Made by a program: the position numbers and the translations under genes | The notes under the pieces: model-generated | Seen by the model: only the letters and a program-made list of their open reading frames with translations | Database searches by the model: none | What the model was told of the DNA's origin: nothing | UHGV virus genome: UHGV-0213406 | Source of the DNA: a virus | Strand: one strand, 5' to 3' | DNA: 53,890 nt | Shown here: positions 28,698 through 37,680 of the stretch, one piece after another | How the letters are laid out: each line of letters begins with the position of its first letter | How positions within the stretch are numbered: position 1 is the first letter of the stretch

Positions 28698-29360
28698 GTG
28701 ACCAGAGAAGAGTTCTCAAAAATTGCAAAAGGAATGAAAGCGGTCTATAGCGCTCCTACATTCATAGCAGATAAAGATGCTCTCGATGTTTGGTATGCAT
28801 TGCTGCAAGACCTGCCATACGATGTTGCGAGCATGGCAACGCAAAAGCACATGATGTCCAGTAACAGGATTCCAACTCCGGCAGACATAAGGGCAGAAGC
28901 AGTGAAGCTGTCGATGCCGGACGAGCCAAATGAAACAGAAGCGTGGACACTTGTAAGCAAGGCAATACGGAATAGTAGTTATAACAGCATACATGAATTT
29001 TCAAAACTCCCACAACTTGTACAGAAAGCAGTTGGGCAGCCAAGCCAACTGGAACAATGGGCAATGGATGAAGATTACAACGAAAATGTAGTAGCATCAA
29101 ACTTCATGAGGACGTACCGTGGAGAGGTTATAAGAGCAAAAGAATATAATAAACTGCCGGAGAAAATGAGAACACTAATCGGGGCAGTTAATAAAAACTC
29201 GTATTCGGCTCAAATAGCGAGAAATAACATCGATATGATAAAATCCTCGAAAGAAGATAAAAAATTAAAAATAGGGGCAAATACGGACGCCACAGACGCA
29301 TGTATGAGCGAAGAAATAATGGAAAAGTTAGAAAAAGCAAAATCAAAGCTTAGATTATAG
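28698..29360 (+). CDS. Helicase loader/inhibitor (SPP1 G39P-like N-terminus)
   Basis: TREE...I...MKAVY, W...L.DLPY, P.PADIR; follows initiator. Confidence 0.72.
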   Translation: MTREEFSKIAKGMKAVYSAPTFIADKDALDVWYALLQDLPYDVASMATQKHMMSSNRIPTPADIRAEAVKLSMPDEPNETEAWTLVSKAIRNSSYNSIHEFSKLPQLVQKAVGQPSQLEQWAMDEDYNENVVASNFMRTYRGEVIRAKEYNKLPEKMRTLIGAVNKNSYSAQIARNNIDMIKSSKEDKKLKIGANTDATDACMSEEIMEKLEKAKSKLRL

Positions 29361-29365
29361 GAGGA

Positions 29366-30130
29366 ATGACAATGAAAGGATATAAAGCATTTTACAAAAA
29401 CATGATTTTCAAAGGCGATGGATACGAAAAGCAGTACGAGGAAAACACAACTTACGAAGAGAACGGCAACGAAGTGTGCAAAAGTGGGGTAATGCATTTT
29501 TGCGAAAATCCATTTGATGTGCTTAATTATTATCCACTTGTTGACGACAACTGTAATGTTGCAGAGTTCGCAGAAGTTGAAGCGCTAGGAGATACGTTTA
29601 AAAAAAGTGTCGCAGATGACAAGACAGCGACAAACAAATTGCATATTGGCGCAAAGCTTAATCTAAAGGGATTTATAAAAGCGTGCATTGACTTTTCACT
29701 TGAGAAAACGAAAGTAGAAAACAAAAGCAGTGGTTACTATGCAAAACTGGCAAGCAGTGGTAACTATGCAAAACTGGCAAGCAGTGGTAACTATGCACAA
29801 CTGGCAAGCAGTGGTTACTGTGCAAAACTGGCAAGCAGTGGTTACGGTGCACAACTGGCAAGCAGTGGTGACTACGCAAAACTGGCAAGCAGTGGTGACA
29901 ATGCAAAACTGGCAAGCAGTGGAGAAGATTCCGTAGTATGTGCGGCAGGCATTAATTCTATCGCAAAAGCCATGATTGGAAGTTGGATTACCCTTTCGGA
30001 GTGGAAGTATGAAGAAGATAAAGGAAGATGCGTACCAGTATGTGTCAAAACGGAACAAGTAGACGGAGAAAGAATCAAGGAAGATACGTTCTACAAGCTT
30101 GAGAATGGTGAATTTGTGGAGGTGAAATAG
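29366..30130 (+). CDS. Repeat protein with 9-aa SSGxxA(K/Q)LA repeats
   Basis: KGYKAF, G.HFCENP.DVL.YY, seven 27-nt repeats at ~29727-29920, VDGE.IK.DT.Y.L.NGEFV. Confidence 0.8.
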   Translation: MTMKGYKAFYKNMIFKGDGYEKQYEENTTYEENGNEVCKSGVMHFCENPFDVLNYYPLVDDNCNVAEFAEVEALGDTFKKSVADDKTATNKLHIGAKLNLKGFIKACIDFSLEKTKVENKSSGYYAKLASSGNYAKLASSGNYAQLASSGYCAKLASSGYGAQLASSGDYAKLASSGDNAKLASSGEDSVVCAAGINSIAKAMIGSWITLSEWKYEEDKGRCVPVCVKTEQVDGERIKEDTFYKLENGEFVEVK

Positions 30131-30132
30131 AT

Positions 30133-30456
30133 ATGGAGAAAAACAAGTATGAGGTTGAGATCGGAAGAAAATTAGAACCGAAGAGAGAAATGTATATCAC
30201 GACATCATATGGTGAAAAATACAAAATAAAAGATGTGTTAGAAACACTTGTTTTTATCTCTCCCAAAAGAGTTTGTAACGTGTTTAAATTTAATATCTCT
30301 GGGAGACTAAAACCGATTTATGGAAGAGAAGTTGTAAACGTCAACGGAGTAGAACTTGAGGTGTACAGGGGAGAAAAATGTTTCGTTACGACACACTCAT
30401 TAAAACCAAAAGAGCGAGAAAAAATAGGAAAAATATGGAGCGAGGTAACACAATGA
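30133..30456 (+). CDS. Hypothetical protein
   Basis: RBS GGAGGTG; operon packing. Confidence 0.55.
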   Translation: MEKNKYEVEIGRKLEPKREMYITTSYGEKYKIKDVLETLVFISPKRVCNVFKFNISGRLKPIYGREVVNVNGVELEVYRGEKCFVTTHSLKPKEREKIGKIWSEVTQ

Positions 30457-32108
30457 AATTCATAGACTGGTTTGCCGGTGTTGGTGGTTTCCGAAGAGGA
30501 ATGGAGCTTGCAGGGCATGAATGTGCCGGGTTCTGTGAATTTGATAAATTCGCAACTGCAAGTTATATATCCATGCATCTACTTACAGACGAGCAAAGAA
30601 AAAAATTAGAATTGCCACTAAAAAAACGACAAAAGGAGATTTTAAAAGATGAATACAGAAATGGAGAATGGTACGCAAATGACATTAGAAGAGTGTATGC
30701 CTGGGATATTCCGAAAGCCGACTGTTGGTGCTTCGGATTTCCATGCCAGGACATATCAGTTGCCGGAAAACAACTTGGATTTCAAGGAAACCGTTCAAGC
30801 CTGTTTTTCAGAGTTATGTACCTTATCGGACAGCTCAAAGAAGAAGATAAACCCACTTACCTTTTCATTGAGAACGTTAAGAATCTGCTTAGTGTTAATG
30901 GAGGATGGGATTTCGCCAGGATGCTCATTGAAATGGACAAGGGGGGGTATGATGCAGAATGGCAAGTTCTCAATTCAAAAGATTTTGGAGTGCCACAAAA
31001 CAGGGAGAGGTGTTTCGTTATCGGACATCTTAGAGGGAGAAGTTCTTCAAAAGTATTTCCTGTCGAAAGAGCAGACAGAGAAAATAGTGTTTCAATAATT
31101 GGCCACAGAGACGGATACCGGAGAAATACACAAGTATTTTCACAGGAAGGAATTACTGAAGCACTGGACACGGGACAAGGCGGTGGAAGGGGGCATCATG
31201 TTGCATTGCCATGTTTCATAGATTTATGTTACCAGGGATCGCAAATGACGGACACTGCAAGATGTTTAAAAGCAAGATACTACAAAGGCGTAGCGAACCA
31301 CGCCGGACAGGATAGCGGAATTGCAATAAAAGTCATAGGAGAAGTTAATTCGTCACAAGACGGAAAAGTGCTTGGAATTGATGGAATCGCAAAATGCCAT
31401 TCGGCAGGACATAACAACAGTCCGAAGATAGCTCTTCCAGTTCTGACACCGGATCGAGTAGAAAAACGTCAGAATGGAAGACGATTCAAAGAAGATGGAG
31501 AACCAATGTTCACACTGACAAGTCAAGATAGACACGGAGTTGCGTTTGAACCACTTGGAGTGCTGCGGAATGTTCGGAGTGATTACGGGAAAAAAATCAG
31601 AAGGGACTATGAAGCTGGAAATATTGAAATTTCCAGACATAAATTCCTTGAAAGTGAAGTTAGAGATGATGGGGTAGTGAATACATTATCTACTGTACAA
31701 AAAGATAATCAACTTGCAGTGAAAGTAGCAGAAGCGACAAAACAAGGATATGCGGAATGTAGAGTAGGGGTGGACAGCGTGAATCTTACTGTCCCAGGTA
31801 GTGCTACAAGAAGAGGTCGAGTAGGACATGGCGTAGCAAATACACTTGACACAAGCTGTAATCAAGGAATATTTGTCAAGGTATCTGACGAATTGATTGT
31901 GTATGCAATCTGGTATGAAAAATATCAATGCTATATAGCAATCCGAAAACTGACACCGAAAGAATGTTTTAGGCTGCAAGGATGGACGGATGATTATTTT
32001 AAAAAAGCACAGTTTGTAAATTCAGATAGTCAATTATATAAGCAAGCTGGAAATGGTGTGACTGTACCAGTTATAAAAGCAATAGCGGAAAGGATGAAGA
32101 TTGAATGA
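30453..32108 (+). CDS. DNA (cytosine-5)-methyltransferase with large multi-TRD variable region
   Basis: FAGVGG (I), GFPCQD (IV), ENVKNL (VI), PQNRER (VIII), RKLTP.EC.RLQG (IX), YKQAGNGV (X). Confidence 0.93.
   Translation: MKFIDWFAGVGGFRRGMELAGHECAGFCEFDKFATASYISMHLLTDEQRKKLELPLKKRQKEILKDEYRNGEWYANDIRRVYAWDIPKADCWCFGFPCQDISVAGKQLGFQGNRSSLFFRVMYLIGQLKEEDKPTYLFIENVKNLLSVNGGWDFARMLIEMDKGGYDAEWQVLNSKDFGVPQNRERCFVIGHLRGRSSSKVFPVERADRENSVSIIGHRDGYRRNTQVFSQEGITEALDTGQGGGRGHHVALPCFIDLCYQGSQMTDTARCLKARYYKGVANHAGQDSGIAIKVIGEVNSSQDGKVLGIDGIAKCHSAGHNNSPKIALPVLTPDRVEKRQNGRRFKEDGEPMFTLTSQDRHGVAFEPLGVLRNVRSDYGKKIRRDYEAGNIEISRHKFLESEVRDDGVVNTLSTVQKDNQLAVKVAEATKQGYAECRVGVDSVNLTVPGSATRRGRVGHGVANTLDTSCNQGIFVKVSDELIVYAIWYEKYQCYIAIRKLTPKECFRLQGWTDDYFKKAQFVNSDSQLYKQAGNGVTVPVIKAIAERMKIE
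30649..31098 (+). CDS. Overlapping alternative-frame ORF, M.EcoHK31I beta-polypeptide-like
   Basis: 149 aa in +1 frame inside the MTase; AAGGAG RBS ~10 nt upstream; ends SLSDILE.EV..KYFLS. Confidence 0.55.
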   Translation: MNTEMENGTQMTLEECMPGIFRKPTVGASDFHARTYQLPENNLDFKETVQACFSELCTLSDSSKKKINPLTFSLRTLRICLVLMEDGISPGCSLKWTRGGMMQNGKFSIQKILECHKTGRGVSLSDILEGEVLQKYFLSKEQTEKIVFQ

Positions 32109-32290
32109 CATTAAAAGATTTCTTAGAAAATTATTATTCGGGAAAGCATGTAAGGATATATGTTGACGAAAGAGCAACCGTAGCAGGTACAACGAGACAG
32201 GTTCTTGAACATGTGAAAAGAAACCAGTTGGATAAGCCAATAAAACAAATAGCACCGGTAAACGATGAAATGATAGATATAGCAATATAG
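32105..32290 (+). CDS. Hypothetical protein
   Basis: ATGA overlap with MTase stop. Confidence 0.5.
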   Translation: MTLKDFLENYYSGKHVRIYVDERATVAGTTRQVLEHVKRNQLDKPIKQIAPVNDEMIDIAI

Positions 32291-32343
32291 GAGGGGCAGA
32301 TGGAGCTATCAGAATTTATTGATTATTAAAGCGTGGTGATTAT

Positions 32344-32562
32344 ATGGCAAAAAGAGTAAGACCTAATACTACAGTATTCTATTCCATCGAAGCTCAAACA
32401 AGATTCGGTGGTTGGGCAAGAGTAGATGTAACTGTATATCCGCAACAGACATGGGAAGCGGAAAGAGACCGTGGAAGTATGATTTTGAGAAATTATAAAA
32501 AGCATATAACAATGAGAATCCCAATGAGCGAATATGAAAATCATTGGGTAGAAAAGGAGTAG
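32344..32562 (+). CDS. Hypothetical protein
   Basis: RBS GGTG; operon packing. Confidence 0.5.
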   Translation: MAKRVRPNTTVFYSIEAQTRFGGWARVDVTVYPQQTWEAERDRGSMILRNYKKHITMRIPMSEYENHWVEKE

Positions 32563-32567
32563 ATATT

Positions 32568-33491
32568 ATGAAATTTAAAGTTGGAGATAAGGTGAAGGTA
32601 GTAAGAAATGATGTAAACAGAAACGCAAGAGACGCAATTATCGGGGCGGTTGGAGTTATAAAACACATCGACACATGTGTTACAAAACTTCCTTATGCGG
32701 TTGAGTTTATAGAAGAAAATATTTGGTACAACGATTGCTTTGGATATTGTGAAAAAGAAAGAGGTTACTGGTGTTGTGATGAAATGCTTGAACTGGTTAG
32801 AAGAAAGCCAAACGAATGTATCGTAATCTATCGCAAAGATTCTGACGTAATCGCATTGGATAAGCGTACAGGGGAGAAATCAATAGCAAAGTGCAGTCCA
32901 GATGATGAATTTGATTTCAACATTGGAGCGAAATTAGCATTTGAGAGATTGGGAGAGAAAAAATATAGAATTGTAAAGCAGAAAAAGTACGAAGTAGGGG
33001 ACAAAGTAAAATTTGTAGACAAATGGAACACTGGTACAAATGAAGATTATTTTGGAAGACATGATGACTTTCTTGGAGATATTTTAACTATAGAGGATGC
33101 AAGGATTGTACTAAGAACCGTGTATTATAAAATCAAAGAGAGTCACAGGAAAGAAGGAATACTGAAAAAATGGTGGTTTAACGATAATTGCATTGAGGGG
33201 AAAGCAGTTGAAATTAATGAATCCGATGAAATTAAAGTTGGTGATTATGTAAAAGTGGTAGATTGCGGAAAACTGTATCCGTATTATCACCAAAAAGTAA
33301 AAGAGATTGCAAACAATAATGCAGATGTTCTTGCAAAATTCAGATATGGAATGGATTTCATGATGAACAAAGGGCTGATTCACGGAACAAGAATGAAAGT
33401 ATACGCTGTGAAAGGTGATTTTTACTTGCTGGAAAGTGGAGACGGTAGTTATATACTTGTTGGCGGTAAAGGAATTGAAAAATGCGAGTAG
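32568..33491 (+). CDS. Multi-module SH3/KOW-like protein (xKVGDxVK repeats)
   Basis: FKVGDKVKV, YEVGDKVKF and IKVGDYVKV modules; AKCSP.D.FDF..GAKLAF.RL motif. Confidence 0.65.
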   Translation: MKFKVGDKVKVVRNDVNRNARDAIIGAVGVIKHIDTCVTKLPYAVEFIEENIWYNDCFGYCEKERGYWCCDEMLELVRRKPNECIVIYRKDSDVIALDKRTGEKSIAKCSPDDEFDFNIGAKLAFERLGEKKYRIVKQKKYEVGDKVKFVDKWNTGTNEDYFGRHDDFLGDILTIEDARIVLRTVYYKIKESHRKEGILKKWWFNDNCIEGKAVEINESDEIKVGDYVKVVDCGKLYPYYHQKVKEIANNNADVLAKFRYGMDFMMNKGLIHGTRMKVYAVKGDFYLLESGDGSYILVGGKGIEKCE

Positions 33492-33499
33492 GTGAGACA

Positions 33500-33745
33500 A
33501 TGGCAGATAAAAGGAAATGCGCTATATGCGGGAAAGTGTATGTGCACGACAACAATTGGAGAGCTACAAAGTATTGCAGTGAGAAGTGTAAAAGAGAAGG
33601 GCTTAGAAGATGCGAATCGGAAGCACGAAAAAGAAGGAAAACAGGAATAAAAAAAGCGAAAAATACAGGAATAAATAACCTTGCAATGATGGCAAGAAAG
33701 GGAGGTATGAGTTATGGACAATATGTTGCAAAACACGGATGTTAG
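33500..33745 (+). CDS. Zinc-finger protein
   Basis: CAICGK...KYCSEKC; A...GMSYGQYV. Confidence 0.65.
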   Translation: MADKRKCAICGKVYVHDNNWRATKYCSEKCKREGLRRCESEARKRRKTGIKKAKNTGINNLAMMARKGGMSYGQYVAKHGC

Positions 33746-34025
33746 ACCAACACACTACAAGGATACAAGCCTTGAGTGCAAAGATGTAATGAGAATCATG
33801 TTTGGGGATGTGGAATATATGTACTTCTGCATGATGAATGCATTCAAGTATTTGTGGAGACACAGACAAAAAGGTGAAAAAACAGACCTTGAAAAAGCAA
33901 TGTGGTATATCAACGAAGCTGGAGACATTGCTATGAAGTCTGGAATCACACCACCTGTAGAACTGGAAGGGATGAACACAATACTAAAGCAGGAGATGGA
34001 TAAATATGCGGAACATGAGAAGTAG
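33714..34025 (+). CDS. DUF3310 (SaV-like) protein
   Basis: P.HY....ECKD, F...NAFKYLWR...KG..DL.KA.WY. Confidence 0.85.
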   Translation: MDNMLQNTDVRPTHYKDTSLECKDVMRIMFGDVEYMYFCMMNAFKYLWRHRQKGEKTDLEKAMWYINEAGDIAMKSGITPPVELEGMNTILKQEMDKYAEHEK

Positions 34026-34277
34026 AAAAGAAAGACGTATGGACAGCCAGACCCATTATGGTGGATTGGAAAGCAAGGTTTCTTCAAAAGCAAGAGAAGA
34101 GTTTAAAAGACCGGCATTTTCTGCAAGGCAGCTTATCAGGGCACAGGTAAAAGCCGAAAGCCCGGAAGAGTGAATGATAAGACTTGGGTATAATGTATCA
34201 AAAGCGATATAGAGGGAGAAAAAAATGCAGACACGTTATTAAAAGAATCTGAAGAATAATTAAGGAGAACATAATTT

Positions 34278-34553
34278 ATGATAATACCAAAAGTAAAAGC
34301 TAGTGAATTCAAGAAGTTCGGATTTAAAAGATGCAAAGGAATTCCAAAAGAATCAGAGTGCTATTATCTCTGTATTGCAAGAGGATGTAAGATGCTATTT
34401 GTCAGTGATTCATATTTTGGTGTAAATGATTGGGATAAAAATGATCCAAGAATACATAAGAATGCGAACTGCCGATACAGAGACAATAGAACAGCACTGG
34501 ATATAATCTATGAACTAATTAAAGCAGATATGTTGAAAAGTGAATGGGAGTGA
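34278..34553 (+). CDS. Hypothetical protein
   Basis: EF.KFGFK.C, YYLC.ARG; RBS AAGGAG. Confidence 0.6.
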   Translation: MIIPKVKASEFKKFGFKRCKGIPKESECYYLCIARGCKMLFVSDSYFGVNDWDKNDPRIHKNANCRYRDNRTALDIIYELIKADMLKSEWE

Positions 34554-34558
34554 GATTG

Positions 34559-34744
34559 ATGGAAAAATTGAAGCCTTGTCCGTTTTGCGGAAAAGAAGGT
34601 GAACTGTTCTCTCATGAAGCTCCGCAGGTATTAGGCGGTGGAACTAGATATATGGTGGTATGCAGTAGATGTTTCGAACGAGCTGGCAACGTTGATACAA
34701 GAGATGGAGCAATAAAAATGTGGAATAGGAGAAGAAAGGAATGA
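34559..34744 (+). CDS. lar: Lar-family restriction alleviation protein
   Basis: LKPCPFCG ... CxxC ... AI..WNRR. Confidence 0.8.
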   Translation: MEKLKPCPFCGKEGELFSHEAPQVLGGGTRYMVVCSRCFERAGNVDTRDGAIKMWNRRRKE

Positions 34745-34887
34745 TTAGTTGAGTATATTATGTTTTATGTTTCTGATGTATTGTTACGACAAGAATCCTG
34801 ATATGGTCAGTGATCTTAATTTGTTAATGATACCGATATTTTACATTGGAGATTGTATCTTATATAAGCTTAAATAGGAGTAAAAAG

Positions 34888-35199
34888 ATGAGACTGATTG
34901 ATGCGGATTTGTTGATAAGAAGATGCGAAAAATGGTTAAAGCCAAAACCAGACGAAGATGAAATGGTTTCGTTGGCAGATATTGCAGTATCTATGCTTAT
35001 GGAAATAGAAGAGCAGCCGACAGCGTTCAATGTGGAGAAAGTTGTTAAGCAACTTGAAGAAGAATTAAAATTAGCAGATGATGAAAAATCCAGATGCATA
35101 AAAGAAAATCCAATGCAGTTTGATTCTGCAAAGGGTTATGCACATGGTATTGCAGTAGCCATTGAAATTGTGAAACGAGGTGGAAGAGATGAAGAATAA
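34888..35199 (+). CDS. Conserved phage protein (MRLIDAD family)
   Basis: MRLIDAD, I.EQPTA..VEKVV.QLEE, AIEIVK.GG. Confidence 0.65.
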   Translation: MRLIDADLLIRRCEKWLKPKPDEDEMVSLADIAVSMLMEIEEQPTAFNVEKVVKQLEEELKLADDEKSRCIKENPMQFDSAKGYAHGIAVAIEIVKRGGRDEE

Positions 35200-35647
35200 A
35201 GAGAAGTTTGCAAAAGAGATTTTGGAGATTGCTTGTGACGGCAATAGTATTGCAATAGCAAGTAATAGCGGTAAATTGGTGCGGTGTAGAAATATTAAAT
35301 GCTGTGAATGCTTGTTTGATTTTGCAAATTGCGAAAATGATACAAGAGAGTGGGCAGAATCAGAGTACATTGAAAAGCCAGTTATAAGCAAGAGAGATAG
35401 AGCATTTTTGGAGTATATTAAAGAAGAGTTTAAGTATATTGCAAGGGATGATATAAATGAGCAGTTGTTTGCATGGAGCGCAAAGCCCAAAAGAGGATTT
35501 ACAACAAACGAATGGCTGAACACGAACGGTTATTCGATAGGACTTTACGGTTTTAACCTAGACCTACCAATGATCAAATGGGAAGACGAAGAACCGTGGC
35601 TTATCGAGGACTTGAAGAAGTTAGAGGTAGTAGACGAATATGAGTAG
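35189..35647 (+). CDS. Hypothetical protein
   Basis: KNKEKFAKEI, EWAESEY.E, KYIARD, IKWEDEEPW. Confidence 0.65.
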   Translation: MKNKEKFAKEILEIACDGNSIAIASNSGKLVRCRNIKCCECLFDFANCENDTREWAESEYIEKPVISKRDRAFLEYIKEEFKYIARDDINEQLFAWSAKPKRGFTTNEWLNTNGYSIGLYGFNLDLPMIKWEDEEPWLIEDLKKLEVVDEYE

Positions 35648-35685
35648 AGAAATACTTTTTAGAATGAAGATTGGAGAATAGAATT

Positions 35686-36264
35686 ATGAAATTTAAAGTT
35701 GGAGATAAAATTAAAATTGTCAGAGCAACTTTTGGTTGTCGTGGCGCAGAAGGAAAAATTGGTACAGTAACGAATGAGCATTCTACAAATGGTCTTGAGT
35801 GTTACGAAGAAGGTTTTAACGTAGATTGCAGTAATGGAAATATTTGGAGAATTGGTTTTGAATCGGAGTGCGAACTATTAGACGAACTGACAGCGGAAGA
35901 AGCGATTAAAATTCAAGCTGAGATGTGCAAAAGTATGAGTAGTTGTGCAAATTGTCTAATCTATAAAGAAAAAGGTGATTGTTGGTGCAACTCCTTCAGG
36001 ATGGAAAATCCTGAAAGAGTAGTCGAGATCATTAAACAGTGGAAAGCAGACCATAAGAAAAAGCCGATTGAGACTGAAATCGTATATCTTATCAGGGTTA
36101 TGAAAGAAGAAGGTGATTCTGAGACTTGCATATATGCTTGTGAAATTGATGCAAACAGAGAAAAAATAGACAAGAAACTGGACGAGTTGACAAAACGGTA
36201 CTGCGAAGAAAATGGTGGTAAAATTTACGCTAAAATTGAGCGTATTTGTAGGGTGAAAAGTTAA
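35686..36264 (+). CDS. Hypothetical protein (FKVGD module plus Cys cluster)
   Basis: MKFKVGDKIKI start; RBS GGAG. Confidence 0.6.
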   Translation: MKFKVGDKIKIVRATFGCRGAEGKIGTVTNEHSTNGLECYEEGFNVDCSNGNIWRIGFESECELLDELTAEEAIKIQAEMCKSMSSCANCLIYKEKGDCWCNSFRMENPERVVEIIKQWKADHKKKPIETEIVYLIRVMKEEGDSETCIYACEIDANREKIDKKLDELTKRYCEENGGKIYAKIERICRVKS

Positions 36265-36554
36265 TGAAATGTCGATTTCATCAAAAGATGGTGTAACAGT
36301 GTGGCTTAAATAGTTATCCGTTACGTGAGCCTAATAGCAGCGTCTCAAGATCGGAACAGCCATCAAGTTGGAGGTAGTAGAAGAGTATGAAAAATAATAA
36401 GAACAATCCAATAGATTATACAATTGTAAGCAAACCTGCTTTCGTAAATTTCATGTGTCCTCATTGTTTCAATGATGTAGAAGTTCAGGATACGGAAGAT
36501 ACCATATAGAATCAGTCAATTAAAAACATAGGAAAATAAAAGAGGGTGAATAAA

Positions 36555-37283
36555 ATGGAGGAATTGTTAAAGATTAATTATGATACAGAACAGCCGACAG
36601 TATCGGCAAGAGATTTACATGAAAAATTGAATATTGAGAGCAACTTCACAACGTGGTTTAAGCGTATGTGCGAATATGGATTTGATGAAGGAAGAGACTT
36701 TTTTCCAAAAATGGAAGAAAGTACAGGGGGTAGACCGTTAAAAGAATTTATTATTTCCGTAAACATGGCAAAAGAAATATGCATGATTCAGAGATCTCCG
36801 GAAGGAAAGTAAATTCGCCAATATTTCATAGACTTAGAAAAAGCATGGAATACACCGGAACAGGTATTTGCAAGAGCATTAAAAATGGCAGATAAAACCA
36901 TTGAATCTCTGAAAAAAGATAATGCGGTATTGATGTCTGACAATGAGCGTATGAGACCAAAAGAAATCTTTGCCGACGCTGTATCAGCAAGTCATACATC
37001 TATTCTGGTAGGAGACCTTGCAAAGCTTTTACAACAGAACGGAGTAAATACAGGTGCAAAAAGGCTGTTTGAATGGCTTAGAAACAATGGATATCTAATC
37101 AAGCGAAAGGGAACTGATTGGAATATGCCAACGCAAAAATCTATGGAGAAAGGATTATTTGAAGTAAAGGAATCAACAGTAAGTAATCCGGATGGCAGTA
37201 TTAGAGTGAATAAGACACCAAAAGTAACAGGAGCAGGACAACAGTATTTTGTAAACCTATTGCTCAGAGAAAAAACTGCATAA
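36555..37283 (+). pseudogene. AntA/AntB + KilAC antirepressor interrupted by one in-frame TAA (36810-36812)
   Basis: VSARDLH...MAKEICMIQR..GK*IRQYFIDLEKAWNTPEQ...RPKEIFADAV: both halves in the same frame. Confidence 0.85.
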
Positions 37284-37297
37284 AGGGAGAACGGCTT

Positions 37298-37525
37298 ATG
37301 AGACTTTCAAAGTTGACGAAGCCAGAACTTGAAGAAATATATAAAAATGCCAATTTTACAGAAGAGGAAGAAGAGATTTATCATCTTCTGTGCAGAGGAA
37401 AGACAATCAAAGAGATATCTCAAAAAACACATGTATGCGATCGCACAGTAAACAGAAGAATAGCAGCTATCAACAAAAAAATAGAAAGATTGGAGGACGG
37501 TAATCATGGTAAAGATTACACTTAA
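37298..37525 (+). CDS. LuxR/GerE-type HTH regulator
   Basis: NFTEEE..IY.LL.RGKT..EI......RTV.RRI..I..KI. Confidence 0.75.
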   Translation: MRLSKLTKPELEEIYKNANFTEEEEEIYHLLCRGKTIKEISQKTHVCDRTVNRRIAAINKKIERLEDGNHGKDYT

Positions 37526-37604
37526 CGGAACAGAAATACAGCCAGAGGATGTAGAGCTGAGTGAAGAAGCAAAGAAAATGATTGCCGAGTTGCTCAATCA
37601 TTGA
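37506..37604 (+). CDS. 32-aa protein, candidate recombination directionality factor
   Basis: GGAGG RBS; MVKITLNGTEIQPEDVELSEE...; immediately upstream of integrase. Confidence 0.45.
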   Translation: MVKITLNGTEIQPEDVELSEEAKKMIAELLNH

Positions 37605-37629
37605 CAATTAACCAGTGAAAGGATAGAAT
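37601..37629 (+). promoter_or_regulatory. Integrase promoter
   Basis: TTGACA-17-TAGAAT; inverted repeat 37622-37662 over the -10 and leader. Confidence 0.7.
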
Positions 37630-37680
37630 GTGCTATACACAGGAAGTACGGCACGTTCTATCTTTAAGGAGGGATAGATA

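Noticed and set aside
29727..29920. 27-nt repeats resembling a CRISPR array
   Set aside because: In-frame coding repeats with only ~6 variable nt; no spacers and no cas genes
36348..36360. AGATCGGAACAGC resembling an Illumina adapter
   Set aside because: One mismatch and no continuation of adapter sequence; probably chance
36366..36510. Small CPHC ORF preceded by a near-copy of the 3' end of gene 35189-35647
   Set aside because: Appears to be a truncated remnant from mosaic recombination; too short to call
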